From: Candidatus Falkowbacteria bacterium
GTDB taxonomy: Bacteria > Patescibacteriota > Patescibacteriia > Patescibacteriales > UBA12465
NCBI GenBank assembly: GCA_016432645.1
Contig: CP066698.1
Span: forward strand, 389,062-453,061
DNA: 64,000 nt
Reading direction: 5' to 3'
Part shown: one piece after another, positions 1 to 11,061 of the stretch
Position numbering within the stretch: the first letter of the stretch is position 1
How the letters are laid out: each line of letters starts with the position of its first letter
Notes under the pieces: model-generated
The model's input: only the letters and a program-made list of their open reading frames with translations
Database searches by the model: none
What the model was told of the DNA's origin: nothing
Program-made: the position numbers and the translations under genes

Positions 1-778
1 CCTGATTAAATAATGGTTGACCAATACCAATAGCTATTGACCAAAGCCAGAAAAATGCAACCGTACACATTAAAATAAAAGCACGACCATTATTAGTTCT
101 TAAAAACCAATCTAAAGTCCATAAAGCGGGTCCACCAGTACGCGGGGAGCGCCGATGAATTTTCAGACGTGCGTGGTCTTCAATCCCGCTAACAATTGCT
201 TGGAGAGGAAATTCTTCTCCGGCGGCAATTACGCGAGGAACATCAAAAACAGCAATGCCTCGGTCATTAGTCTTTCTCGTATAACGATGACCATCAAAAA
301 TGATGTCAACGTTAACTGGCAAGCCATAACCTTGCGCCTTAATGACTCTAATAAAAATACGGAAATTTCCTGCTCCGTCATGAGTGCGAATTAAAACGAT
401 TTTTTGAGGATCGTTTTTGGAAGCAGTAGCCTTTTCTTTTTCTGGTATTTCTACTGTAAGTAAAGATTTTTCATTTGAGTCCTTCATGAAGACTTCAAGT
501 GTGAAAATCTGCTTTTTGTCTGTCTGGGTGTATGGAACTTTATATTCCAGGAACCCAATAACGTCAGTGTCGGTTTGCGCAACTTGTTTATAGTTGCTGT
601 GGATGATGACGTTCAGGGCGCATGGTGTGCCGTCCTTACTGGTTCTGATTCTTAAGTTGATGTTAGAAGCATCAACAAAAGAAGTCACGTCTAACCCAAA
701 TTTAGGGGTTGATGGTTTTGTTGCTTTAGGAGCTCCTGTCCCGGAACCGCTGCCAGCACCTGTACCTGTAGTTGCCAT
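1..778 (-). CDS. hypothetical membrane-anchored protein; 5' end complete, 3' end runs off the left edge
   Basis: Absent from the ORF track because it has no in-window stop. Reverse-strand ATG at 778-776, GGAG 9 nt upstream (788-791). Open frame to position 1 reads MATTGTGAGSGSGTGAPK...; hydrophobic stretch AFILMCTVAFFWLWSIAIGIG lies near the edge. Confidence 0.6.
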   Translation of the reverse strand, partial: MATTGTGAGSGSGTGAPKATKPSTPKFGLDVTSFVDASNINLRIRTSKDGTPCALNVIIHSNYKQVAQTDTDVIGFLEYKVPYTQTDKKQIFTLEVFMKDSNEKSLLTVEIPEKEKATASKNDPQKIVLIRTHDGAGNFRIFIRVIKAQGYGLPVNVDIIFDGHRYTRKTNDRGIAVFDVPRVIAAGEEFPLQAIVSGIEDHARLKIHRRSPRTGGPALWTLDWFLRTNNGRAFILMCTVAFFWLWSIAIGIGQPLFNQ

Positions 779-981
779 AATTAATTTCTCCTTTTTTTCT
801 TTAGTTTATACTGTTTTTATTTAATATTTACTTGTAAAAGTACAATGTTTGCCAGACACTCCCAGCTCTCATTGTTGAAAGAATTATAGCATAGTTTTAT
901 GATTTTGTCAATGAATGGGTTTACATGTATAAACAAAATTGCTAATATTAAACAATTTATTTACAAAAAGATTGTTATATA

Positions 982-1010
982 TTTACAAATATCGCCAATT
1001 ATGATTATAT
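982..1010 (+). promoter_or_regulatory. candidate sigma70-type promoter for the 1061 gene
   Basis: TTTACA (982-987), 17-nt spacer, TTATAT (1005-1010); about 50 nt upstream of the ATG in an AT-rich divergent intergenic region. Confidence 0.3.
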
Positions 1011-1060
1011 TATATGAGTTTAACCATAATAATGTAATTTAACAAAAAGGAGAATTAGCA

Positions 1061-1444
1061 ATGAAAGATTATGAAATTTTATTGATATGTATAGCTGCTG
1101 TCTGTGTTGTTCTCTTTCTAATTTCAATCATATTCTCTGAACCCATCAGACCAATCGGAATTTTACAAATAGATAACAAGGCGACATTATTGGCACGCGA
1201 ACAAATACAAAAAAAGATGGAGAAAGAACGCGAGGCGGAAGAAAAAAGACAACTAAAAGAAAAACAAGAAAGAGATAAAAAAATAGGACTTATGCTTGAA
1301 GAAACTAAAAGACGCAAATTGGCAGAAGCCGCTTTATTGGAAGACAGAGACGTTTGTATGAATTGCTACACAGTTGAGCCAAAGCGTTGTTACTGCGGGC
1401 ACTGTACTGCTTGTTATGGTTGTTGTTCCATCTGCGATGATTAA
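1061..1444 (+). CDS. small single-pass membrane protein with K/E-rich coiled-coil-like middle and Cys-rich C-terminus
   Basis: ATG with GGAG 8 nt upstream. N-terminal TM (ILLICIAAVCVVLFLISIIF). 10 Cys in the last ~30 aa (CMNCYTVEPKRCYCGHCTACYGCCSICDD). Followed by an intrinsic terminator. Confidence 0.65.
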   Translation: MKDYEILLICIAAVCVVLFLISIIFSEPIRPIGILQIDNKATLLAREQIQKKMEKEREAEEKRQLKEKQERDKKIGLMLEETKRRKLAEAALLEDRDVCMNCYTVEPKRCYCGHCTACYGCCSICDD

Positions 1445-1452
1445 ATCTTACC

Positions 1453-1482
1453 AAAGCCGGGAAAAATTTTTCCGGCTTTTTT
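1453..1482 (+). terminator. rho-independent terminator
   Basis: AAAGCCGG...CCGGCTTT stem followed by a T-run, 9 nt after the stop codon. Confidence 0.65.
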
Positions 1483-1490
1483 ATATACAA

Positions 1491-1517
1491 AAAAAGGGCG
1501 TCTCAATTGAGACGCCC
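1491..1517 (-). terminator. rho-independent terminator for the 1584-2216 gene
   Basis: GGGCGTCTC-AATT-GAGACGCCC stem; on the minus strand it is followed by TTTTT. Confidence 0.55.
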
Positions 1518-1583
1518 TCGGGCATTTTGTTTTGTTGTTTTGTTTTTTGTTTTTGTTCTTAGAACTTTTTAATCAAAGCCAAA

Positions 1584-2216
1584 CTAAAGTGCAGTAATAG
1601 TAACCAACATCTTACAGGTATATTCACCAGCATCGGCCGATTGAATATTGGTAAACGTCGGATCAATCAATGTTTTGCGGATTGGCACGGCTTCTGAGGC
1701 GATTGAAGAGTTAATGTACGCTTTCATGTCCATTTTGATTTGACCGTTGTGTGGAGCCTCTGAATAAGATTTAGTGTAGGGAAATTGATGTGCTCCCTGC
1801 AGCCAAGTTCCATAAAAAAGGTCCTGAACACCATTGGTTGTAAAATGGATCTGGTACAAAGTCGGTAAAATGTCATAATCACCACCGTGTGCACCAACTT
1901 CCTGGCGCGCGAATCTTGGTACTCCCTGGTTGGCATCATTATTTCCGGAGATAGTAATAGAAAATGGACAATTGGCATATCCAACGTTCCACTCTCCCAT
2001 AGCTCCATAAAGCGATTCCATCGGCCCGCCATAATTCACCTGATGACTGGTTGTTCCAAAATCCCAACTTACCGGCGACGGCATACATTCAATGTATTTA
2101 TCCACCGTCATTGAGAGGTTAAAAGTTACATCATCAGTTGTTTGCGCTTTCGACTGGTTGGTCACGAACATCATTGTTGCTACTAAGAGCACCGAAAAAA
2201 TCATTAACTTTTTCAT
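1584..2216 (-). CDS. secreted beta-rich protein, pilin/SCPU-DUF4402-like pattern (weak)
   Basis: Signal peptide MKKLMIFSVLLVATMMFVTNQSKA. WDFG motif after the first strand. C-terminal ADAGEYTCKMLVTITAL resembles the aGxY...vtv end of chaperone-usher type subunits and the C-terminus of the 165-aa protein at 4979-5476. Confidence 0.7.
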   Translation of the reverse strand: MKKLMIFSVLLVATMMFVTNQSKAQTTDDVTFNLSMTVDKYIECMPSPVSWDFGTTSHQVNYGGPMESLYGAMGEWNVGYANCPFSITISGNNDANQGVPRFARQEVGAHGGDYDILPTLYQIHFTTNGVQDLFYGTWLQGAHQFPYTKSYSEAPHNGQIKMDMKAYINSSIASEAVPIRKTLIDPTFTNIQSADAGEYTCKMLVTITAL

Positions 2217-2398
2217 TTTTATAAGTTTTTGTTGTTACATCCGCGCACTATTGCTTGGATTATTTTAGATTCCATCTAGCTAATGAAAGCCAAAATAATC
2301 CAAACAAGCTCGCTTAATAACTTATTTGAAGGTGCAAACACAAATGAGAATATAACAAATGAATCATTTCTTGTCAAGCTTTAGCAAAATAAAGATAA

Positions 2399-2435
2399 GG
2401 GGGGCTACGCAATGTGCATAGCCCCGCCTTTTTTT
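2399..2435. terminator. GC-rich hairpin between the secretin gene and the 210-aa gene
   Basis: GGGGCTA-N11-TAGCCCC. T7 run on the plus side, T-rich tract on the minus side. Confidence 0.4.
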
Positions 2436-2449
2436 CTGTTATATTACTA

Positions 2450-3769
2450 CTATCCGATTATCTTCGGACTTAAGAAAATAACTAACTCAGTTTCTTTTTT
2501 GCTTTCGTCTTTAGCCCCAAAAATAAAACCAATTAATGGAATCTTCCTAAAAAAAGGAATGCCGCTTCTTTTGGTTTTTTCGTTTTTCGTAATCAGACCA
2601 CCAATGGCCACTGTTTCGCCATTTTGAACCTTAAGGGTCGTTTCAGTGGAACGGCGAGCAATAATCGGTAATTTTTGTGTCGGCCCACCATTAGACTTAA
2701 ATTCTCTTTCCCCAACAATGTCAGCAACTTCTGGTTTAACAACCAGACGAATCTGACCGTCGCGAGAAACAAAAGGCTGAACCCTTAATTTTGTGCCCAC
2801 GGAAACATCTTTAGTCGTGAAATAATTATAGGCGGCGCCACCACCGGAGAGAATTAAAAACAAATGCTCTTCGGTAATATTAATTTCGGCTTTTTCACCA
2901 TCTTCCACTACAATTTTAGGCTCAGCAATAGTTTTTATTTTAGTGTCATAACCATTGGATGACAAGAAGGATGTCAGACTGGAAGTTAAATTTAAAGACA
3001 TGGCATTAGCCCCGCCTTTAATAAAATCTCCAATTCCCAGAGCAGATAAATTTAAATCGCTCCATTGAACGCCTAAATTAGTTCCCTTCTCCCATTCTAC
3101 CATTATGAACTGTGCGGAAATTTCCACCAATCGTTTGGATTTATCTATCAAGGAGATGTCTCTCTCTAAACGATTAATAATATCCGGCGTGGCGGTAATA
3201 GTTATCGTTTGCCCGTCCGCCCTAACAAATGTTTGATAGTAAGGAGACAGTTGGGAAAGAATTTTTTCCGCTCCGCGGTTGGTCTTAATAGTTTTAGTGG
3301 CTGTTAAAGTTCCAAAACTATCATTTTCCGGTAAAGCCTTGCCCACAATATAATAATTACCGTCAGCTACATAGCGATATTTATAACCGCCAGGGTATAA
3401 AATCATTTCCAAAGCTTTTTCGAGCGGTGCATCTTTCAGAGAAACGGTAATTGAACCCTCAACGGTGTTATCCGGAATAATGTTAATACCGGTGACCGAA
3501 AAGAAATCCAAGGTAAGCAACGCCCTAATATCAGCTTCTACATAATTGCCGGTAATCAGCGGCTGGCGAACATTATTATTTTCTTGTTCGCTCAGGAGAG
3601 ATTGATACTTGGCTTCGGCAATTGAATCTTCGGATTGCTCCAGGGATTTAATCTCGGCCGGAGTTAGCGTCGGCTTCTTATTAACGGCAATCGGTTGTCT
3701 AACTGTAGCACAGCTAATAACCAGCGTGCTGATAAAAATCGCGAAAAATAATTTTACTGATGTTTTCAT
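2450..3769 (-). CDS. secretin-family lipoprotein (GspD/PilQ/MshL-like channel)
   Basis: Lipobox LVISC after the signal sequence. The C-terminal ~160 aa matches the secretin domain pattern (LRVQPFVSRDGQIRLVVKPEV...TTLKVQNGETVAIGGLITKNEKTKRSGIPFFRKIPLIGFIFG...ELVIFLSPKII). An upstream secretin-N-like segment is present (SITVSLKDAPLEKALEMIL...YIVG). Confidence 0.88.
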   Translation of the reverse strand: MKTSVKLFFAIFISTLVISCATVRQPIAVNKKPTLTPAEIKSLEQSEDSIAEAKYQSLLSEQENNNVRQPLITGNYVEADIRALLTLDFFSVTGINIIPDNTVEGSITVSLKDAPLEKALEMILYPGGYKYRYVADGNYYIVGKALPENDSFGTLTATKTIKTNRGAEKILSQLSPYYQTFVRADGQTITITATPDIINRLERDISLIDKSKRLVEISAQFIMVEWEKGTNLGVQWSDLNLSALGIGDFIKGGANAMSLNLTSSLTSFLSSNGYDTKIKTIAEPKIVVEDGEKAEINITEEHLFLILSGGGAAYNYFTTKDVSVGTKLRVQPFVSRDGQIRLVVKPEVADIVGEREFKSNGGPTQKLPIIARRSTETTLKVQNGETVAIGGLITKNEKTKRSGIPFFRKIPLIGFIFGAKDESKKETELVIFLSPKIIG

Positions 3770-3787
3770 TTCTTAATTTTTTGGTAA

Positions 3788-4960
3788 TTACTTTTTTGTT
3801 GTTTTATTAATTAAATTATCTTTAGAACAAGTGGCAAACACTTTAAGTTCAGTACCTTTACCCCTCTCCGGGCTAAAAAAAACCAAACTTTCTTGTTTTT
3901 GCGAAGCGTCATACTTAGCAACTAAAATGGTTGCCATAATATTACGAACTTCGCCAGGCTTTAAAGTCAGGCTATCAGGAATAATTTTAACCCAATCACT
4001 CGAGCCAATTTTGACGCTCAAAGGCTGATAATCAATATTGGTCAAGGTGATAGTCTTAGTTAGGCGCCCGCCATCAGGAATAAATAAATCTAAATTATTG
4101 CTTTTCAAACGCAAATATTCAAATTTACTATCATTAAGCGGCCTCTTTCTAACAACCGAAAATTTCTGAGCGACTCGTTCTTTCTTGGAACTGCTGCCAT
4201 AATTAAACGAAGCTTCAACAATATAGTCTCCAGCCGGCAATTGCCTGTTAAGCGCTCCGGTAAAATCGCGTATGTTACCGGGGAAAATAAAAGCGGCTTT
4301 AGTCGGGCTGCTTAAAGCATTAAGACTAAAGGTGCCATAATTTATTTTACCATCGACACTTCTGACAACAGCGTCGCCAGCAACATCCAAATGAATAAAG
4401 CTGGTGTTCTTGAAAGCAGCTTTAATCCCTACCAAGCTGTCAGTTTTTAGAACTTGCAAATCCAGAGCTTCGCCTTTTTTTTCATAGGTTCGCCCTGGGA
4501 CTTCCAAAATTACCACTACTGCCGGCCTGACCATCATTAAAAATTTAAGCTTGCGGCTTTTATCGTCAACGACGGTGTATTTACTGGGCTCCACCAATAT
4601 CACGGCATAATATTCTCCGGGCTGGGCATTTAGGGGGACGGAAATCTTAAATTTAACTTCCTTAGCTTGATCTTCAAACAAAATCAAATTTTTTTGTCCC
4701 ATCTCTATAAACTGAACCGCAGAATTTTTTCCGGGCACAGAGTCAAAAGAAAAAGCGCCGCCTCTATTCATTGAAAGATCAGAGGGATAAAGCACTAGAT
4801 CTTGGCTTTTGGCACCTTTGGAACCAAAAACTTTTAACGTAAACTCTTGGCTCGAACCGCGCGCAACTGATACATCATAACGCACTGGCGAAACTTTAAC
4901 TGCGTAAGCGCAACTCAAAAACAGGCTTAGCGCTAAACAAAGCAAAATTTTTCTTTTCAT
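3788..4960 (-). CDS. exported protein of three beta-sandwich (Ig/PapD-like) segments
   Basis: Signal peptide MKRKILLCLALSLFLSCAYA. Three ~110-130-aa segments with alternating-strand patterns ending in PGEYYAVILV, PAGDYIVEASF and PGEVRNIMATILV. The 17 nt before its ATG are identical to those before the secretin ATG. Confidence 0.75.
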   Translation of the reverse strand: MKRKILLCLALSLFLSCAYAVKVSPVRYDVSVARGSSQEFTLKVFGSKGAKSQDLVLYPSDLSMNRGGAFSFDSVPGKNSAVQFIEMGQKNLILFEDQAKEVKFKISVPLNAQPGEYYAVILVEPSKYTVVDDKSRKLKFLMMVRPAVVVILEVPGRTYEKKGEALDLQVLKTDSLVGIKAAFKNTSFIHLDVAGDAVVRSVDGKINYGTFSLNALSSPTKAAFIFPGNIRDFTGALNRQLPAGDYIVEASFNYGSSSKKERVAQKFSVVRKRPLNDSKFEYLRLKSNNLDLFIPDGGRLTKTITLTNIDYQPLSVKIGSSDWVKIIPDSLTLKPGEVRNIMATILVAKYDASQKQESLVFFSPERGKGTELKVFATCSKDNLINKTTKK

Positions 4961-4978
4961 TTCTTAATTTTTTGAGAT

Positions 4979-5476
4979 TTAAATTTTGGTTAAACGAATG
5001 TTTATTTTGGCAGTGTAAATTCCAGCGTCATCGGACTGATTGTCCTGAACGAGTTTAGAGGATACTTGAACTGCTAAATCAATAAATAGAGTATACGGCT
5101 GCTCCAAAATTTTGGGAAAAACCGTAATTTCCATTAAAGACAGCTCTTCGGAAGTCTTGTTTTCAAAAACAAAGGGTTCGATAATCCCCGGTGAAAAAAT
5201 CTTTCCCGAATACAATGTAGTTAGCCTATCAATATTAGGCACGCTAACTCCAAACTCCAGAGATTTTTTACCGGACTCCTCTTTCTGCAGAACCGACTGG
5301 TTCCCCAAAAATAGTATTTTCCTGGGGCCAATCAAGTTCTCACTTAAGATTGCTCCACTAATAACGCCAGTGCTAATTCCTCCAGGAACGCTGATATTTG
5401 GCAATATCATGTTTTGGGAAAAGCTGATAATTGGCGCTAATAAAACTAAAAAAAGTAATAATCTGATTCTTTTCAT
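4979..5476 (-). CDS. small secreted protein, pilin-like pattern (weak)
   Basis: Signal peptide MKRIRLLLFLVLLAPIISFS. LEFG motif. C-terminal DDAGIYTAKINIRLTKI parallels the end of the 210-aa protein. First gene behind the promoter at 5555-5583. Confidence 0.7.
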   Translation of the reverse strand: MKRIRLLLFLVLLAPIISFSQNMILPNISVPGGISTGVISGAILSENLIGPRKILFLGNQSVLQKEESGKKSLEFGVSVPNIDRLTTLYSGKIFSPGIIEPFVFENKTSEELSLMEITVFPKILEQPYTLFIDLAVQVSSKLVQDNQSDDAGIYTAKINIRLTKI

Positions 5477-5554
5477 TTTTCTCGTTTTTTGTGTGTTTTT
5501 TTATTTTTTGTGTTAAATAACTATAGTTTTCTTATTTTAAAACTAACCTGGAAA

Positions 5555-5583
5555 AATATAACTCATTGTAAGAAATTTGTCAA
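5555..5583 (-). promoter_or_regulatory. candidate sigma70-type promoter of the secretin cluster
   Basis: Minus strand TTGACA (5583-5578), 17-nt spacer, TATATT (5560-5555); lies ~80 nt upstream of the 5476 start. Confidence 0.45.
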
Positions 5584-5605
5584 TAGCTATAAAACGAGCT
5601 AACAT

Positions 5606-5633
5606 ATACAAAAACAACCCCTTTCGGGGTTGT
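5606..5633 (-). terminator. terminator after tRNA-Thr (bidirectional hairpin)
   Basis: ACAACCCC-TTTC-GGGGTTGT stem with T-runs on both strands, 13 nt downstream of the tRNA 3' end. Confidence 0.7.
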
Positions 5634-5645
5634 CTTTTTTTTCTG

Positions 5646-5718
5646 AGCCGTTGACCGGGATTGAACCGGTGACCTTCTCCTTACCATGGAGATGCTCTAC
5701 CAGCTGAGCTACAACGGC
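5646..5718 (-). tRNA. tRNA-Thr (anticodon GGU)
   Basis: The reverse complement folds as a cloverleaf: GCCGTTG/CAACGGC acceptor, GCTC-AGCTGGTA-GAGC D arm, TCTCC-ATGGTAA-GGAGA anticodon arm, ACCGG-TTCAATC-CCGGT T arm. 73 nt, no encoded CCA. Confidence 0.92.
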
Positions 5719-5827
5719 AGACGGCAGGAATACATTTTTTCGCTTCGGTCGTTTCTGGCGCGAAAACTCATTACATTCGTTTTCACTGTACGAAACGACA
5801 GGCGCTCTCAAATATATTCCTACCTTT

Positions 5828-6634
5828 TTATAAATTTTCTATTTCCTCCTTCAACTCCGACAGCTTCTGATTTTCGGGATTAGCGGCCGCTAACTTTTCA
5901 AAATAGCGGAGTGCCGATTCTTTATCTTTCCTTATTATACTTAAATCCAAAATTAAATCAAGATAACGCGGACTGCTTGCCTCAAATTCCAAAGCTTCCA
6001 GAACATTATCAAAGGCGGCATCATAATGTCCGGCTAATTTCTCTAGCCAAGCAAGCGAAAAATATATTTCCGGCAAACTTAAGTCCCCGAGCATTTTCAA
6101 ATCATCTTTAAACTGCTTTGCTAATTTCAAAGCATACTCATAAGTCTGGCGCGCTTCCGGAAATTTCTTCAATTCTTCATAAATACCACCGAGCTTAAAA
6201 AAGGCTCCCAGATTCTTCTGATCAAGACTGATAACTTCAACTAATTTTTCTTCGGCCTCGTTAAATTCTTCTTTTTTAATTAAATCCTCAGCGGCCGATA
6301 ATAACTCCTTAATTTGCTTTTGTTTTTCCGGCCAAGGCATCTTAGAGCTAGCTTTATAGCTCAACTTCATCTTTTTTAAATTTGTGTGGGCGGCTTTCAA
6401 TAATTTAGACAAGCTGGAGTTGATAAATAAAAAAATGCGTCCAAAAAATCCGCCCCACTTGGCCAAATCTCTTTCCACACGCGCTTTAATAATAGTGTTT
6501 TTAAATTTAGCCTCTTTCTCTCCTGGTAAATTATTAACATCTAAAATCGCTAGTGCCGGAAACTTTTTAATAACAATAGCGAGAATAACCGCCAAGGAAA
6601 TAAGAACTAAAATTATAGAAATAATAGTAAGCAT
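5828..6634 (-). CDS. membrane-anchored TPR-repeat protein
   Basis: Start moved to Met20 of the tracked ORF (ATG 6634-6632), which begins directly with the TM MLTIISIILVLISLAVILAIVI and removes the overlap with tpiA. The C-terminal half has TPR-like helical repeats (AFFKLGGIYEELKKFPEARQTYEYALKL...). Confidence 0.75.
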   Translation of the reverse strand: MLTIISIILVLISLAVILAIVIKKFPALAILDVNNLPGEKEAKFKNTIIKARVERDLAKWGGFFGRIFLFINSSLSKLLKAAHTNLKKMKLSYKASSKMPWPEKQKQIKELLSAAEDLIKKEEFNEAEEKLVEVISLDQKNLGAFFKLGGIYEELKKFPEARQTYEYALKLAKQFKDDLKMLGDLSLPEIYFSLAWLEKLAGHYDAAFDNVLEALEFEASSPRYLDLILDLSIIRKDKESALRYFEKLAAANPENQKLSELKEEIENL

Positions 6635-6638
6635 GAAT

Positions 6639-7370
6639 TTAAAGTTTAACGATTGAAGTAAATTCCGGGACATTGAGACTGGCACTGCCAATCAATAAGC
6701 CGTCAATATTTTTTTCTTGTAAAAACTGTGCGGCATTATTGCCATTGACGCTGCCACCATAAACGACTCTAGTTTTCTTCCCTAGAATCTTAACAATTTC
6801 GGCTTTTAAGAAAACGTGGATAGCCTCAGCCTCTACCGGAATTATCGGCTCACCGGTCCCAATCGCCCAAAGCGGCTCATAAGCAACAATTAACCCAGAA
6901 GAATTTTTGATATTTATTTCTTTTAAAGCACTTTTAATCTGAGCTAACAAAACTTTTTTAGTTTGCCCTAATTCTCTTTCATTCAGAGTTTCGCCCACGC
7001 AGACAATAGGAATTAATTTAGCCGCAATCGCTGATTTTACCTTAGCATTTATCAAATCAGAATCTTCTTTCAAAATTAACCGCCTTTCACTATGACCGAT
7101 AATCACATATTTAACACCGAGCTCATTTAAAGTTGCCGGCGAAGTTTCACCAGTTAAAGCGCCACGGTTTTTAAGCGCGCAATTTTGAGCGCCTAATAAC
7201 AAGTCGCCACCTTGCAAAATATCAGCAACGGGGGCGATAGCTAAAAATCCCGGGCAAATAACGGTATCGTTTTTAGGTTCTTTAATTTTTTTCTTCAACT
7301 CTTTAGCTAAAATCAAACTATCCTTAAAACTTAACTGCATTTTCCAGTTGGCAATAATAATTTTTTTCAT
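6639..7370 (-). CDS. tpiA: triosephosphate isomerase
   Basis: ANWKM, GHSERR and AYEPLWAIGTG motifs are intact. Start taken at Met12 (MKKIIIANWKM), 1 nt after the upstream gene's stop. Confidence 0.92.
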   Translation of the reverse strand: MKKIIIANWKMQLSFKDSLILAKELKKKIKEPKNDTVICPGFLAIAPVADILQGGDLLLGAQNCALKNRGALTGETSPATLNELGVKYVIIGHSERRLILKEDSDLINAKVKSAIAAKLIPIVCVGETLNERELGQTKKVLLAQIKSALKEINIKNSSGLIVAYEPLWAIGTGEPIIPVEAEAIHVFLKAEIVKILGKKTRVVYGGSVNGNNAAQFLQEKNIDGLLIGSASLNVPEFTSIVKL

Positions 7371-7371
7371 A

Positions 7372-8301
7372 CTATTTATGCTTATTATTTTTAGCCCAGT
7401 CAATCGTTAATTTAATTCCCGTTGCTAAATCAATCTTCGGCTCCCAATTTAAAACATCCTTGGCTCTTTGACGGCTTAAACAGCTTCTTCTCTGCTCGCC
7501 CGCTTTCCCTGCCTCTTCCTTAACCTTAATCTTTTCCCCCAGGGCAACTTCAATTCCAGAAATGATATCCAGCAAACTGGATTCTTGGCCGGTACTGATA
7601 TTAATTTCACCGCGGCAATCAATTTCCTTGGCCGCATTTAAAGCCTCGACCACATCAGAAACACAAACAAAATCGCGCGTCTGCCGGCCATCGCCGAACA
7701 TCTTGCTTTCCAGCCCTTTAACGGCATTATCAATAAAAATAGCAATCACTCCGGCCTCCCCGCCCTTAAATTGGCGTGGGCCATAGACATTGGCAAAACG
7801 CAAAATCGTATAATTTAAACCGTGAACCTGATAGTAATAATTTAAATATTTTTCAAAAGTTAATTTATTGATGCCGTAAGGCGAGAGCGGATAAGTCGGT
7901 GCGTATTCGGTTGTCGGAATTTCTTCGGCTTCGCCATAAATAGCGCCGCCAGTGGAAGAAAAAATAATTTTCTTAACATTATTCACCCGGCAATTTTCTA
8001 AAATATTTAAAGCACCGACAACATTAACGTCGTTGTCTAGCTGTGGGTTGGCTACTGAAACCCGCACGTCAATTTGGGCCGCTAAATGATAGACAAAATC
8101 AAATTGCTCGCGCTTAAAAATTTTAGCAACCTTCGCAGATCGGATATCTACTTTATAAAGTTTTGCTTTATTATTAACATAATCTTTGCGTCCGGAGACT
8201 AAATTATCAATCACAACCAGCTCATGTCCTTCGGAAATAAGCTTATCAACTAAATTAGAACCGATAAAGCCGGCGCCGCCGGTAACAAGAATTTTAGCCA
8301 T
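7372..8301 (-). CDS. NAD-dependent epimerase/dehydratase (UDP-glucose 4-epimerase-like)
   Basis: N-terminal Rossmann motif VTGGAGFIGSNL, YxxxK (YGINK), extended-SDR length of 309 aa. Confidence 0.85.
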   Translation of the reverse strand: MAKILVTGGAGFIGSNLVDKLISEGHELVVIDNLVSGRKDYVNNKAKLYKVDIRSAKVAKIFKREQFDFVYHLAAQIDVRVSVANPQLDNDVNVVGALNILENCRVNNVKKIIFSSTGGAIYGEAEEIPTTEYAPTYPLSPYGINKLTFEKYLNYYYQVHGLNYTILRFANVYGPRQFKGGEAGVIAIFIDNAVKGLESKMFGDGRQTRDFVCVSDVVEALNAAKEIDCRGEINISTGQESSLLDIISGIEVALGEKIKVKEEAGKAGEQRRSCLSRQRAKDVLNWEPKIDLATGIKLTIDWAKNNKHK

Positions 8302-8436
8302 ATAAAAACATCATAACACGATTTTTTGATAAAAAAAAGTCCTCATATCCGCCCTCTTAAAACTTGCTTTTCTCCTTTCTTTTTGCTAAAATAATAGTAG
8401 ATAATTAATAAACTTAGCCAGAATTAATTAGGCTAA

Positions 8437-10530
<2,094 letters not shown>

Positions 10531-10553
10531 AACCTCAATGAGGATTAACATTT

Positions 10554-10985
10554 ATGTATATTTATATTCTGGCGCCGATTATCGCCTTCATAATCGCTCA
10601 GGGAACAAAAGTATTGCTGCGCTCATTTAAAAAGAAAGTTACTTGGCATGATGTCTTCGCTTATTCCGATATGCCTTCTGGACACACCTCGGTAGTAGTA
10701 GGCGTAGCCTCTATTATCGGCTTTAAATTAGGAATCTCTTCCCCGATTTTTGCCGTTGCTTTTGTTTTTGCGACCATCGTTATCGTTGACGCTATCGGCT
10801 TGCGCAATTATCTCGGCCAACACGGCAAAACACTCAATGTTCTGGTAAAAGATTTAAAAGAGGATGACTTCTTAGATAACAGCTATCCGAAGCAGCTGGA
10901 AAAAATTGGCCATACTCCCCTGCAAGTTTTGGTTGGAGGAACAATTGGCTTCTTAACTAGTTTAATTGCTTGGCTATTATTCTAA
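10554..10985 (+). CDS. divergent PAP2-family membrane protein (DUF212/YuiD-like)
   Basis: MPSGHTS and GHTPLQVLVGGTIG motifs, 4 hydrophobic segments, 143 aa. Confidence 0.8.
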   Translation: MYIYILAPIIAFIIAQGTKVLLRSFKKKVTWHDVFAYSDMPSGHTSVVVGVASIIGFKLGISSPIFAVAFVFATIVIVDAIGLRNYLGQHGKTLNVLVKDLKEDDFLDNSYPKQLEKIGHTPLQVLVGGTIGFLTSLIAWLLF

Positions 10986-11005
10986 AATGAAAAAATAATT
11001 ATAAA

Positions 11006-11036
11006 AAAACCGTTTCTAAAAAGGAAGCGGTTTTTT
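11006..11036. terminator. bidirectional rho-independent terminator
   Basis: AACCGTTTC-N7-GAAGCGGTT stem flanked by an A-run and a T-run; sits between convergent transcription units. Confidence 0.65.
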
Positions 11037-11061
11037 GATTTAATAATCTCGCAATTAGACT

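Noticed and set aside
155-824. Plus-strand ORFs 155-394 and 594-824.
   Set aside because: They are antisense to the better-supported edge-truncated minus-strand CDS (1-778), which has a GGAG-ATG start. One of the two uses a TTG start with no RBS.
5599-5883. ORFs 5599-5811 (-) and 5686-5883 (+).
   Set aside because: They span the tRNA-Thr gene and its terminator. They are not credible as coding.
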